DNA of 64,000 nucleotides. Source: Actinomycetes bacterium. Its GTDB lineage: Bacteria; Actinomycetota; Thermoleophilia; Solirubrobacterales; Solirubrobacteraceae. The stretch is taken from positions 5,669 through 69,668 of the forward strand of contig JAJYUP010000003.1 in assembly GCA_021792455.1 (NCBI GenBank), written 5' to 3'. The notes beneath the pieces are model-generated. The model saw only the letters and a program-made list of their open reading frames with translations, did no database searches and was not told where the DNA came from. How positions within the stretch are numbered: the first letter of the stretch is position 1; every line of letters begins with the position of its first letter. Both the position numbers and the translations under genes were made by a program. Of the stretch, positions 1-12,564 are shown one piece after another.

Positions 1-1
1 T

Positions 2-1801
<1,800 letters not shown>

Positions 1802-1832
1802 GCGAGGGTGGCCTTCTCTGCTCTGAGTGGGA

Positions 1833-1904
1833 CGGAAGCGCGCATGCGCGCTTCCGCGGCCTGGCGCATGCGCCAGGCCGGATCGCGGCGCATGCGCCGC
1901 GATC
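1833..1904. repeat. Three abutting perfect 24-bp palindromes with a shared GCGCATGCGC core
   Basis: 1833-1856 CGGAAGCGCGCATGCGCGCTTCCG; 1857-1880 CGGCCTGGCGCATGCGCCAGGCCG; 1881-1904 GATCGCGGCGCATGCGCCGCGATC. Confidence 0.95.
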
Positions 1905-1933
1905 TGAAGATGTCTCTGCAAAGGGGATCCTGA

Positions 1934-2341
1934 ATGGCGCATTCGAAGTTTCCAGTGCAGGTGCTCACCCCTGAGGGGGAGGTCTTTGGTGAGGATGTGG
2001 AGATGGTCTCGACGCGCACCGGGCTCGGTTCGATCGGCCTGCTCGCAAACCACGAGCCTCTGCTTGGAACGCTCGTCCCCGGCGAGCTCCGCCTCTACCG
2101 CTCCGAGACTGAGATCGTGCGCTTCGCACAGGCGGAGGGCTACATCCAGTTCCTGCACAACAAAGCGCTGCTGCTCGTCGAGGAGGCGCTGCCGCCAGAT
2201 CAGCTGGACCGCGAGCTGTTGAGCAGAAGGCTCGCAGATGCGAACGAGGCGGCGGCACGTGCTCCGGAGGGCAGCGAGGAGCAGGCGGCAGCGCTGCGGG
2301 AGGCGAGGCGCTGTGAGACGTTCCTGACGATCGGGGTCTGA
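1934..2341 (+). CDS. atpC: F0F1 ATP synthase subunit epsilon
   Basis: VLTPEG..., GSIGLLANHEPL motif, helical C-terminus, follows atpD. Confidence 0.95.
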   Translation: MAHSKFPVQVLTPEGEVFGEDVEMVSTRTGLGSIGLLANHEPLLGTLVPGELRLYRSETEIVRFAQAEGYIQFLHNKALLLVEEALPPDQLDRELLSRRLADANEAAARAPEGSEEQAAALREARRCETFLTIGV

Positions 2342-2397
2342 GCATTTCCGCGATCGGCTGGCCTTCCCGCTCCGATGCGCAGCTGCGTGATTGTCCT

Positions 2398-3705
2398 GTG
2401 AGCCCCAGCGTCCCACGCGAGCCCGTTGCGGTCATCGGGGCGGGCTATGTCGGGCTCGTCACCGCTGTCGGCTTCGCCTCCCTCGGCTCAGAGGCGTGGT
2501 GCGTCGACATCGACGAGAAGAAGGTCGCGATGCTGCGCAGCGGGCGCTGCCCGATATACGAGCCCGGCCTCACTCAGCTGCTGTCAGAGCACCGCGCGCG
2601 TCTGCACTTCAGCACTGAGACCGCGGATGCGCTGTCAGGTGCGCGTCTCGTCTTCGTTGCCGTCGGAACACCTCCGACGCATTCAGGCGACGCCGACCTC
2701 AGTGCCGTCCTTCAGGTCGTCGACTCGATGCCATCCTCGCAGCGGCATGCGCTCGTGATGAAGTCGACGGTCCCAACGGGCACAGGTGCCTCGGTGATGC
2801 GGATGCTTCAGCGGGAAGGCAAGGGGCAGCTGAGCTACGTCTCCTGTCCAGAGTTCCTGAAGGAGGGCTCAGCGCTCGCAGACTTCATGCACCCTGACAG
2901 GGTCGTGATCGGGGATGAGGGCGGCTGGGCAGGCGATGCCGTCGAAGCGCTGTATGCGCCGCTCGGCGCGCCGATCATTAGGACCGACGTGACGAGCGCC
3001 GAGATGATAAAGCTCGCCGCGAACGCCTTCCTTGCGACGAAGATCTCCTTCATCAACGAGATCGCGAACGTCTGCGAGGAGGTCGGCGCCGACGTGACCG
3101 AGGTCGCCTCCGGCATGGGCCTCGACGCCCGCATCGGTCCACGCTTCCTGCAGGCTGGGATCGGCTACGGAGGCAGCTGCTTCACGAAGGATGTGAGCGC
3201 GCTGAAGCTGCTCGCCGGCAACTCTGGGTACCACTTCCAGCTGCTCTCCGCGGTGATAGAGGTCAACGAGCTGCAGAAGCGGCGCGTCGTTGCCAAGCTG
3301 CAGCGCCACTTCGGGCAGCTCGCCGGCAGGCGCGTCGCGCTGCTTGGCCTCGCGTTCAAGCCGAACACCGACGACATGCGGGGCGCCTCCTCGCTCGTGC
3401 TCGCCTCGCGGCTGCGCTCAGAGGGGGCGAGCGTCGTCGCCTACGACCCGATCGCAGAGGACCAGGCGCGCGCGCTGATGCCGGACATCGACTACGCTGC
3501 CTCCGCGCTCAGCGCGGTGGAGGGCGCCGACGCGGCGATCCTCGTCACGGAGTGGGAGGAGCTCTTGGCGCTCGACTGGCGAAAGGTCGCGACCTCGATG
3601 AGGGGGCGGGTGCTGATCGACGGGCGAAACGCGCTTGCCCGCGACGATGTGGAAGCGGCAGGGCTCATCTACGAAGGGATCGGCAGGGGCACATGCAGGC
3701 GGTGA
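2398..3705 (+). CDS. ugd: UDP-glucose/GDP-mannose 6-dehydrogenase
   Basis: GAGYVG Rossmann motif, KSTVP, PEFLKEG, GYGGSCF, GLAFKPNTDDMR. Confidence 0.93.
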   Translation: MSPSVPREPVAVIGAGYVGLVTAVGFASLGSEAWCVDIDEKKVAMLRSGRCPIYEPGLTQLLSEHRARLHFSTETADALSGARLVFVAVGTPPTHSGDADLSAVLQVVDSMPSSQRHALVMKSTVPTGTGASVMRMLQREGKGQLSYVSCPEFLKEGSALADFMHPDRVVIGDEGGWAGDAVEALYAPLGAPIIRTDVTSAEMIKLAANAFLATKISFINEIANVCEEVGADVTEVASGMGLDARIGPRFLQAGIGYGGSCFTKDVSALKLLAGNSGYHFQLLSAVIEVNELQKRRVVAKLQRHFGQLAGRRVALLGLAFKPNTDDMRGASSLVLASRLRSEGASVVAYDPIAEDQARALMPDIDYAASALSAVEGADAAILVTEWEELLALDWRKVATSMRGRVLIDGRNALARDDVEAAGLIYEGIGRGTCRR

Positions 3706-4799
3706 TCCTCGTCGGTGGGCAGGGGACGCGCCTGCGGCCGCTGACATCGACGGTTCCAAAGCCCGTCCTGCCGCTCGTCGACAGGCCCTTCATCGCCTAC
3801 ATGCTGCAGTGGCTGCTGCGCCATGGCGTCGACGATGTGATCATGTCCTGTGGGTTCCTTGCGAGCAGCGTGCGAAACGTCCTTGGCGACGGCTCTCGCT
3901 ACGGGCTGCGCCTGCGGTTCGCAGAGGAGCCAGACCCACGGGGAACCGCGGGGGCGCTGAAGTTCGCGGAGCCGATGCTCGACGAGCGGTTCTTGATGCT
4001 GAACGGCGACGTGCTGACCGACATCGACCTGAGCGCCGAGGTGAGGCAGCACGAGGCGAGCAAAGCGAAGGCGACGCTCGCGCTCGTGCCCGTACCCGAC
4101 CCGAGCGCCTATGGGCTCGTGCACCTGAACAGCGGCAACGCGGTGCTCGACTTCGTGGAGAAGCCGAGCCCAGACCAGATCGACACCAACCTGATAAGCG
4201 CAGGCGCTTATGTGCTGGAGCGGGAGGTCCTGAAGCTCGTGCCGCCGGACAGGAAGGTCTCGATCGAGCGCGAGGTCTGGCCGCTGCTCGTCGGCGACGG
4301 GCTGTATGGCTATCCCTCCGAAAGCTACTGGCTCGACATCGGCACCCCTGATCGCTACCTGAAGGCGACGTTCGACATCATCGAGGGCAATGTCGCGACC
4401 GGGGTGATGGAGCGGCTTGGGCGCGACTATCTCTCGATCGCCCAGGGCGCGCAGGTCGAAGGCCGGGCGGTTCCGCCCGCGATCATCGAAGGCGGCGTGC
4501 ATGTGCGGCGGGATGCCCACGTGGGTTCTCTCGCAGTGCTGGGCAAGAACGTGAGCATCGCTGAGGGCGCAACCGTCGAGCGCGCGGTCGTTCTCGATGG
4601 CACAGAGGTCGGGCGGGGCTGCGTGCTTCGCAACTGCATCGTCGCCGCCGGCTGCAGGATCGGTGATCGCAGCGAGATCGTCGGCGGCGCCGTGCTGGGA
4701 GAGGGCGTGAGCATCGGCTCGGACAACGTGATCGCGGGTGGGGCGCGCATCTCTGCTTCGGTGAGCATCCCTGACGGAGCGATCACTTTCGAGACCTGA
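3693..4799 (+). CDS. NDP-sugar synthase / mannose-1-phosphate guanylyltransferase with C-terminal left-handed beta-helix
   Basis: MQAVILVGGQGTRLRPLT..PKP, NGDVL, FVEKP, YWLDIGTP; start placed at ATG 3693, overlapping the ugd end. Confidence 0.9.
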   Translation: MQAVILVGGQGTRLRPLTSTVPKPVLPLVDRPFIAYMLQWLLRHGVDDVIMSCGFLASSVRNVLGDGSRYGLRLRFAEEPDPRGTAGALKFAEPMLDERFLMLNGDVLTDIDLSAEVRQHEASKAKATLALVPVPDPSAYGLVHLNSGNAVLDFVEKPSPDQIDTNLISAGAYVLEREVLKLVPPDRKVSIEREVWPLLVGDGLYGYPSESYWLDIGTPDRYLKATFDIIEGNVATGVMERLGRDYLSIAQGAQVEGRAVPPAIIEGGVHVRRDAHVGSLAVLGKNVSIAEGATVERAVVLDGTEVGRGCVLRNCIVAAGCRIGDRSEIVGGAVLGEGVSIGSDNVIAGGARISASVSIPDGAITFET

Positions 4800-5085
4800 T
4801 GGAGGGCGTCATCACGTGAGGGACTGCAGGGCTCCGTGAGGCAGGGCTCCGTCAGCTCCCACGCTCCCTCACGAGTCGAGGCCTGAGGCGGAGGCGACGA
4901 TCTCGGGCAGCGTGCGATGCGGCGCCCTCGAGGGGGCGTGGGCAGGCTCCGCCGCCAGGCGGGATGAGGTGCTTGGAGTGGAGGGCGATACGGCATCGCT
5001 GCCCTGGGTACGATCCACCGACCTCGACGGCAGCGCCAGAGCTTCGATCGCTGCAAAAGCCACGACAGGGACAGGAGATGAGAAG

Positions 5086-6168
5086 ATGAGTGAGGGCGGA
5101 TCAGCCGCCACCCCGACGACGGACTCGCTGAGCCGGGAGGCGATCGCCCGCGTCGATTCATCCCACCAGCTGGATGACGTCCTTGCGCTCCCTGAGCATC
5201 TGCGGGACGCTCTGTGGCGCGTGGAGTCAGCGATCATCGAGCAGCGGGACACGCCCGCAGGCCTCGTCGTCGCGGGGATGGGCGGCTCAGCGATCGGCGG
5301 AGCACTCGCGAGGGCGGCGCTTGGAGACCACTCGTCGCGGCCGATCTTCGTCACCCGCGCGTACGGGCTGCCGCCGTGGACGACCCCAGATACGACCGTG
5401 CTGTGCGCGAGCTACTCCGGCAACACAGAGGAGACGCTGGCCTGCTACGAGTCCGCTGGGGCGCTCGGCGCCCACAGGGTTGTCGTAACGACGGGAGGCA
5501 GGCTCGCTGAGATGGCCCGGCGGGACGGGGTGAGCGTCATCCCACTGCCTGGAGGCTTCCAGCCGAGGGCGGCGGTCGCGTACATGACGGTTGCGGCGCT
5601 CGAGGTTGCAGCGCTGTGTGGCGCTGGGCCGCGGCTGACCTCTGAGATCGACGTCGCCGCCTCCCACACGGAGCAGCTCGCCTCCGAGTGGGGACCTGAT
5701 GCACCCGAGGAGTGCGTCTCGAAGTCGCTTGCGCGCACGCTGCATCGCACCGTGCCCGTGATCGCCGGCTCTGGCCTGACGGCTCCGATCGCCTACCGCT
5801 GGAAGACGCAGATCAACGAGAACGCGAAGCAGCCCGCCTTCTCCCACGAGCTGCCGGAGCTCGACCACAACGAGATCGTCGGCTGGGAGGGGGCGCCTGA
5901 GGTTGGGCGCTTCTCCGCCGTCTTCCTCGACGACTCGGACACCCACCCGAGGGTGAAGAAGCGGATCGATCTGACGGAGCGGTTGATCGCGAGCGGAGCC
6001 GCGAGCTGCGCGACGGTCCAGACGCGAGGCGAGACGACGATCGAGCGCGTCATCTCGCTCGTGCTGCTCGGTGACCTGATCTCGATCTATCTCGCTGCGC
6101 TGAAGGGCGTCGACCCTGGGCCTGTGCCGGTGATCGAGAAGCTGAAGGCAGACCTCGGGAGGCGGTGA
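5086..6168 (+). CDS. Bifunctional phosphoglucose/phosphomannose isomerase (SIS fold)
   Basis: GMGGSAIGG, SYSGNTEET, RWKTQINENAK, PELDHNEIVG; start placed at ATG 5086 after AGGAG. Confidence 0.92.
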   Translation: MSEGGSAATPTTDSLSREAIARVDSSHQLDDVLALPEHLRDALWRVESAIIEQRDTPAGLVVAGMGGSAIGGALARAALGDHSSRPIFVTRAYGLPPWTTPDTTVLCASYSGNTEETLACYESAGALGAHRVVVTTGGRLAEMARRDGVSVIPLPGGFQPRAAVAYMTVAALEVAALCGAGPRLTSEIDVAASHTEQLASEWGPDAPEECVSKSLARTLHRTVPVIAGSGLTAPIAYRWKTQINENAKQPAFSHELPELDHNEIVGWEGAPEVGRFSAVFLDDSDTHPRVKKRIDLTERLIASGAASCATVQTRGETTIERVISLVLLGDLISIYLAALKGVDPGPVPVIEKLKADLGRR

Positions 6169-6217
6169 GGCACGCAGCTGGCGGCGCCTGCGGGCACGTT
6201 GCTAAGGTGATGCGCTC

Positions 6218-7687
<1,470 letters not shown>

Positions 7688-7742
7688 GCGGCGTGGTGCC
7701 ACCTCGCGCCCGCAGCGAGCGCTCGCATCGGAGCGCTCTGCG

Positions 7743-8732
7743 ATGAAGGCGATGGTTCTCGCCGCAGGCCTCGGCACGAGGCTGCGGCCCATCACCCACC
7801 AGATCAGCAAGCCGATGATCCCAGTGCTCGACAGGCCCGTGATGGAGCACATCCTCGACCTGTTGCACCGCCACGGGTTCGACGAGGTGATCGCGAACCT
7901 GCACTGGTTTCCGGAAGCGATCAGAGAGCATTTCGGCGACCGGATCGCATACCGCTGCGAGCGCGAGCTGCTCGGCACCGCGGGCGGTGTGCGCAACGTC
8001 GCAGACTTCTTCGATGGTCAGACGTTCCTCGTCATCTCCGGGGACGCGCTGACGGACATCGATCTGAGCGCGCTGATCGAGACACACAGGCGCACGGAGG
8101 GCGTCGCGACGCTCGCGGTCAAGCGCGTCGCCGACACGCGAGAGTACGGCGTCGTGCTGCACGACAGGAGTGGCAGGATCACGGGCTTTCAGGAGAAGCC
8201 GGAGCCGGACGAGGCGCTCTCAGACCTCGGAAACTGCGGCATATACGTGTTCGAGCCGGAGATCTTCGACTATTTTCCGCCGCGAAGCTTCGTCGACTGG
8301 GCGAAGGATGTCTTTCCTGCTCTGCTCGACGCCGACGTGCCGTTCCACATCCACGAGGTGCGGGAGTACTGGAACGACATCGGGTCGCTCTCCGAGCTGC
8401 GTCGAGGAACCTTCGATGCGCTCGAGGGCGCGGTTGCGCTCGAGATGGACGTGCAGGAGCCGACGCCGGGCGTGCTGCTCGCGCGCGGCTCTTCGCTGGC
8501 AGAGTCAGTTGAGATCGAAGGAGGCCCGATCTGGATAGGGCGAGACGTCGAGCTTGGGGTCGATGCGAAGTTGATGGGCCCCGTCGTGCTCGGCGACCGC
8601 GTGAGCGTCGGCGCTCGGTGCCAGCTGCGCTCGACGATAGTGCTCCCAGGGGCGGAGGTCGCGGACGGCTCGATCCTCGTCGATGCGATCGTGGGACACG
8701 TTGACATCGCCGAGAGGATGAAGCGACGGTAG
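7743..8732 (+). CDS. Second NDP-sugar synthase / nucleotidyltransferase
   Basis: MKAMVLAAGLGTRLRPIT..KP, SGDALTD, FQEKP, YWNDIG. Confidence 0.88.
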   Translation: MKAMVLAAGLGTRLRPITHQISKPMIPVLDRPVMEHILDLLHRHGFDEVIANLHWFPEAIREHFGDRIAYRCERELLGTAGGVRNVADFFDGQTFLVISGDALTDIDLSALIETHRRTEGVATLAVKRVADTREYGVVLHDRSGRITGFQEKPEPDEALSDLGNCGIYVFEPEIFDYFPPRSFVDWAKDVFPALLDADVPFHIHEVREYWNDIGSLSELRRGTFDALEGAVALEMDVQEPTPGVLLARGSSLAESVEIEGGPIWIGRDVELGVDAKLMGPVVLGDRVSVGARCQLRSTIVLPGAEVADGSILVDAIVGHVDIAERMKRR

Positions 8733-8843
8733 GGACACGGGCGAGGCGATGGCGCCGCTGCGACCCGATGCGAGGCTGGACAGCCGCCGGCGATCCGGCT
8801 ACCATCGAAGAGGACCCCGTCTCTCAGACCAGAAGGGAGGCCA

Positions 8844-9221
8844 ATGATGCAGATCGACATCAAGGCCCGCAACGTCGAGGTCAGCGACGAGATGCGTCGC
8901 CATGCCGAGCACCGGCTCGCGAAGGTCGCCCGCCAGGTCTCGCCGCTTGCAAGGGTGGAGCTCGAGTTCTCTGAGGAGCGTAACCCGTCGATCGCTGAGC
9001 ACGCGATCGTGGAGGGCATCCTCCATCTGAAGGGCGCGACGCTCCGGGCGCGCGGATCCTCGGCGGACATGCGGCGCTCGCTCAACATCGTGGCGGACGA
9101 GCTCGAGAGGCAGGTGAAGCGGCACGGGGTGAAGCGGCGGCACCGTCGAGAGCAGCGGCGTCTCGCGGCGCTCGAGCGCGAGCAGCTCCGTGAGGCACCT
9201 CTGCCTGCCCTCCCAGGCTGA
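8844..9221 (+). CDS. hpf: Ribosome hibernation promoting factor (RaiA/HPF family, short form)
   Basis: MQIDIKARNVEVSD..., DMRRSLNIVADELERQVKR; GGGAGG SD; upstream of secA. Confidence 0.88.
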   Translation: MMQIDIKARNVEVSDEMRRHAEHRLAKVARQVSPLARVELEFSEERNPSIAEHAIVEGILHLKGATLRARGSSADMRRSLNIVADELERQVKRHGVKRRHRREQRRLAALEREQLREAPLPALPG

Positions 9222-9380
9222 TCTGAGCGCCGCCCTGCTCTGCAAGTTCGCTTGCAGGTGTTGAGGCGTGCCGCGAGGGTCCGTAAACATCCGCAGCGTC
9301 CGGTAGTGTGCGCAGCGGCTGAGCGGACGCTCGTCTTAGTCGGCCTGCAAAAAACGCAACAGCTTCGGGAAGGAGACAGC

Positions 9381-11633
9381 GTGAGGCGCATCTTCGCGGT
9401 GACTACGGCGGCAGCTCTGATCGGGACGGTTGCGCCGATTGCTGCTGCGTCGGCCTCTGGCAAGCATCGCTCTGCCCCCACTGCCGCCAAGGGCAAGACA
9501 CCCGCGTGCGTGCAGACAGAGCTCGGCCCAAACACGGTGTGCGCGCGCGATCTCCAGCATGAAGCTGTCACCTCCAGCCACATCGCAAAGGAAGCGGTGA
9601 GGGCGGGCAAGGTGCACAGCTCCGCGATAACCACCGAAAAGCTGAACGCCGGAGCGGTCACGACGTCGAAGCTGCACAAAGAAGCAGTCACCTCCGGCAA
9701 GCTCGCGGCTGCCGCCGTGATCGCAGGCAAGATCGCCGACGGCGCCGTGCTCTCCGGCGACCTCAGCGCAGGTTCTGTGATCGCGGGCGACCTCGCGTCC
9801 GGCTCTGTGATCGCCGGAGACATCGCGCCCGGCGCGGTTGGCGGTGCGGACATCGCCTCCGAAGCGATCACCTCCGTGCAGATATCCAAGACCGCAGGCA
9901 TCCTCGGCACCCAGCTCGCCGCCGAAACGATCGCGACCGGCCAGCTCGCAAACGGTGCGGTGACCGAAGGCAAGCTTGCAGCCGAAGCCGTCAACACCGG
10001 CCAGCTTCACAAGGCCGGCGTCAGCGCCGAAAAGATCGCCGCCGAAGCCGTGACCGCGAGCAAGCTCGCAGCTGAAGCGGTCGGCACGGCTGCGCTCGCG
10101 GATGAAAGTGTCACTGAAGCAAAGATCGGCAAAGAAGCCGTCAACACCGGCCAGCTTCACGCCGAAGCGGTGACCGAAGGCAAGATCGGCAAAGAAGCCG
10201 TCAACACCGGCCAGCTTCACGCCGAAGCGGTGACCGAAGGCAAGATCGGCAAAGAAGCCGTCAACACCGGCCAGCTTCACGCCGAAGCGGTGACCGAAAG
10301 CAAGATCGGCAAAGAAGCCGTCAACACCGAACAGCTCAAGAACGGCTCGGTCACAGAAGGAAAGCTCGCAAGCGAAGCGGTCGGCACGACGAAGATCGCC
10401 AAAGAAGCGGTCACGGGCGAAAAGGTCGCCAAAGAAACGATCACCGCGGCCCAGCTCGCAAGCGAAGCGGTCACCACTGCAAAGATCGCCAAAGAAGCCG
10501 TCACCGAAAGCAAGATCGGCAAAGAAGCCGTCAACACCGAACAGCTCAAGAGCGGCTCGATCACAGAAGGAAAGCTCGCAAGCGAAGCGGTCGGCACGAC
10601 GAAGATCGCCAAAGAAGCGGTCACAGGCGAAAAGGTCGCCAAGAACACGATCGAAGGCGGCACCAAAGCCGGCAACATCAAGGCGGGCACCGTCACTGGC
10701 GGAAGCGAAGGCGACCTCGCCGAACACACGGTCGAAGGCGCCGCGGGGACCTTCGACAACGTCAAGAAGGGAACCCTCGACCACGAAGACCTCAACGCCA
10801 AAGCTGAAATCGAAGGGGGCCAGCTCTCTGCCACAGCGAACATCCTCGGCAGCCAGCTCTCTGCCACAGCGAACATCCTCGGCAGCCAGCTCGACGCGAA
10901 AGCTGAAATCTCTGGCGAACAGCTGAAGAGTGGGACCATCACGGGCAGCGAGATCGCCGAACGCACGATCGCCGCCAAGAACATCGAACTCGGTGCAGTC
11001 GGCAGCGCACAGCTCGCCAGCGAAGCGGTCACAACTGAAAAGCTCGCCAGCGAAGCGGTGACAGCCGCGAAGATCGCAAAAGGCACGATCACACACGAAC
11101 AGATCGCCTCCACCGCAGGGATCCTCGGCAGCCAGCTCGCCGCCGAAGCGGGGATCACAGGCAAACAGCTCTCAGCGACCGCAGGGATCCTCGGCAGCCA
11201 GCTCGCCGCCGAAGCGGGGATCACAGGCAAACAGCTCGCCGCTGAAACGGTCGAAGGCAGCGCAGGCACGCGCCCTGAGATCAAGCCAGGTACGGTCGGC
11301 CTCGGCAGCCTCACGGGCACCGAAACAGGGTTCAAGACCTATGCTCTCGAACCCGTCGAAGCAGGGGTGACGAGCGCGAAAGCTGAAACCTGCATCGAAT
11401 ATGACAAGGCGGTGAGCATCCCGACGGGCGACACCGTCGCCTCGATCGTGCTCACCAAGGCGCCTGAATCCGCGCTCGAACGGCACCTCGAGGTCGGGCC
11501 TCCTCACCTCAACTTCAACGACACGCTCGTGCTGCTGAAGGTGTGCAACATCGAGGCCGCTGCAGGCACCGAACACGAACCGATCACCGTCACGAACACC
11601 CCCGAAGTCGGTCTGCTCATCCTCGGCAAATAG
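9381..11633 (+). CDS. Secreted fibre/adhesin-like protein with 10-residue EAVTxxKIxx repeats
   Basis: GTG start after GGAAGGAG; signal-peptide-like N-terminus ending AAASA; long run of decapeptide repeats; distinct C-terminal domain. Confidence 0.8.
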   Translation: MRRIFAVTTAAALIGTVAPIAAASASGKHRSAPTAAKGKTPACVQTELGPNTVCARDLQHEAVTSSHIAKEAVRAGKVHSSAITTEKLNAGAVTTSKLHKEAVTSGKLAAAAVIAGKIADGAVLSGDLSAGSVIAGDLASGSVIAGDIAPGAVGGADIASEAITSVQISKTAGILGTQLAAETIATGQLANGAVTEGKLAAEAVNTGQLHKAGVSAEKIAAEAVTASKLAAEAVGTAALADESVTEAKIGKEAVNTGQLHAEAVTEGKIGKEAVNTGQLHAEAVTEGKIGKEAVNTGQLHAEAVTESKIGKEAVNTEQLKNGSVTEGKLASEAVGTTKIAKEAVTGEKVAKETITAAQLASEAVTTAKIAKEAVTESKIGKEAVNTEQLKSGSITEGKLASEAVGTTKIAKEAVTGEKVAKNTIEGGTKAGNIKAGTVTGGSEGDLAEHTVEGAAGTFDNVKKGTLDHEDLNAKAEIEGGQLSATANILGSQLSATANILGSQLDAKAEISGEQLKSGTITGSEIAERTIAAKNIELGAVGSAQLASEAVTTEKLASEAVTAAKIAKGTITHEQIASTAGILGSQLAAEAGITGKQLSATAGILGSQLAAEAGITGKQLAAETVEGSAGTRPEIKPGTVGLGSLTGTETGFKTYALEPVEAGVTSAKAETCIEYDKAVSIPTGDTVASIVLTKAPESALERHLEVGPPHLNFNDTLVLLKVCNIEAAAGTEHEPITVTNTPEVGLLILGK
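10122..10330 (+). repeat. Near-exact 60-bp tandem repeat (about 3.5 copies) inside the fibre gene
   Basis: Sequence lines starting 10141, 10201 and 10261 are identical except for one base; encodes KIGKEAVNTGQLHAEAVTEG. Confidence 0.95.
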
Positions 11634-11636
11634 GGG

Positions 11637-12464
11637 ATGGACGAGGGCGCGCAGCGAGCGGCACCAGGGTCCTCGCCCCCCGCGCAGGGGGGCGGCCCTC
11701 CGCTCGCTGGCCCTGAGTCCCAGCTGCCGCTTCCCCCGCCGAGCGGGGGCATCGCACTGAGCGGCGGGACGGAGGCGACGGGCAGCGCGGGGCAGGGTCA
11801 GAGCTCCCCGTCAGCTGCCTCGCCGCAACCGCAGCGGCGGGCGCGGCGCCCCCTGCGTCTGACGCGTCGCTCGCTCAGTGTCGCCGCCATCGTCCTCGGC
11901 GCTGCGGTCATCGCCCTCGTCGTGGTTGCGATCACAGGCGCCTTCAACTCTCACCCTTCCTACACGAGGATCACCGCGAAGCCGTCGGCTCAGGCGAGCA
12001 CTGAGGCGAGGGAGGGTGTCAGGCAGCCTGGGCTCGTGACGGTTCGGGGCGCCGCCCCCTTCACCCTCCACTACCCAAAGGGGTGGCGGGTGATGTCGGC
12101 GGCGCAGCTTGCGAAAGCGGGCAGCGGGGCGGCAGCGGGGATCGTCTCAGAAGGCGGCAGGGCGGTGCTCCTCGTGCGTCCGAAGAAGCCGCTGACGCAG
12201 CCGATATCGAAGCTCTCAGAACAGCTGACGCGCTCGCTCAGCAGCCGCTTCACCGACTTCAAGCTTCTCAGCGTTGGGACGACGACGACGCTTGCCGGCC
12301 CAGCATGGGTCTACACCTTCGAGCGCAGCAGGGTTGGGCTCGTCCAGAGCGAGGTCGTCGTCTCGACGAAGGGCGCCGCCTACGAGATCGACGTTGCGCT
12401 GCACGCGGGCGCTGACAGGGCGGCGTCGCAGATAGGGGAGATCATCCACTCCTTCGAGGACTGA
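11637..12464 (+). CDS. Single-pass membrane protein with extracytoplasmic PsbP/DcrB-like domain
   Basis: Pro/Gly-rich N-terminus, TM segment VAAIVLGAAVIALVVVAI, FTLHYPKGW motif, ends IIHSF. Confidence 0.6.
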   Translation: MDEGAQRAAPGSSPPAQGGGPPLAGPESQLPLPPPSGGIALSGGTEATGSAGQGQSSPSAASPQPQRRARRPLRLTRRSLSVAAIVLGAAVIALVVVAITGAFNSHPSYTRITAKPSAQASTEAREGVRQPGLVTVRGAAPFTLHYPKGWRVMSAAQLAKAGSGAAAGIVSEGGRAVLLVRPKKPLTQPISKLSEQLTRSLSSRFTDFKLLSVGTTTTLAGPAWVYTFERSRVGLVQSEVVVSTKGAAYEIDVALHAGADRAASQIGEIIHSFED

Positions 12465-12564
12465 GGGTCGGCTTCGCCGTCGCGCGCTCACGCCGCGCCT
12501 CAGGCTCGCAGGGTCGTGCTGAGTGGCGCCACTTCGAGAGGCGCACAGCCGCTACGCTGGGGTC

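Noticed and set aside
6169-6217. SAH riboswitch before ahcY
   Set aside because: The spacer is only 49 nt and lacks the consensus elements.
9225-9380. Possible c-di-GMP or c-di-AMP riboswitch upstream of the fibre gene
   Set aside because: Only a vague GGGTCCGTAA resemblance; the GCAAA/GAAA cores and ydaO motifs are absent.
8270-11335. Long antisense ORFs (575, 586 and 352 aa) over the fibre gene
   Set aside because: Shadows of a repetitive sense gene; the sense frame has an SD, a signal peptide and coherent repeats.
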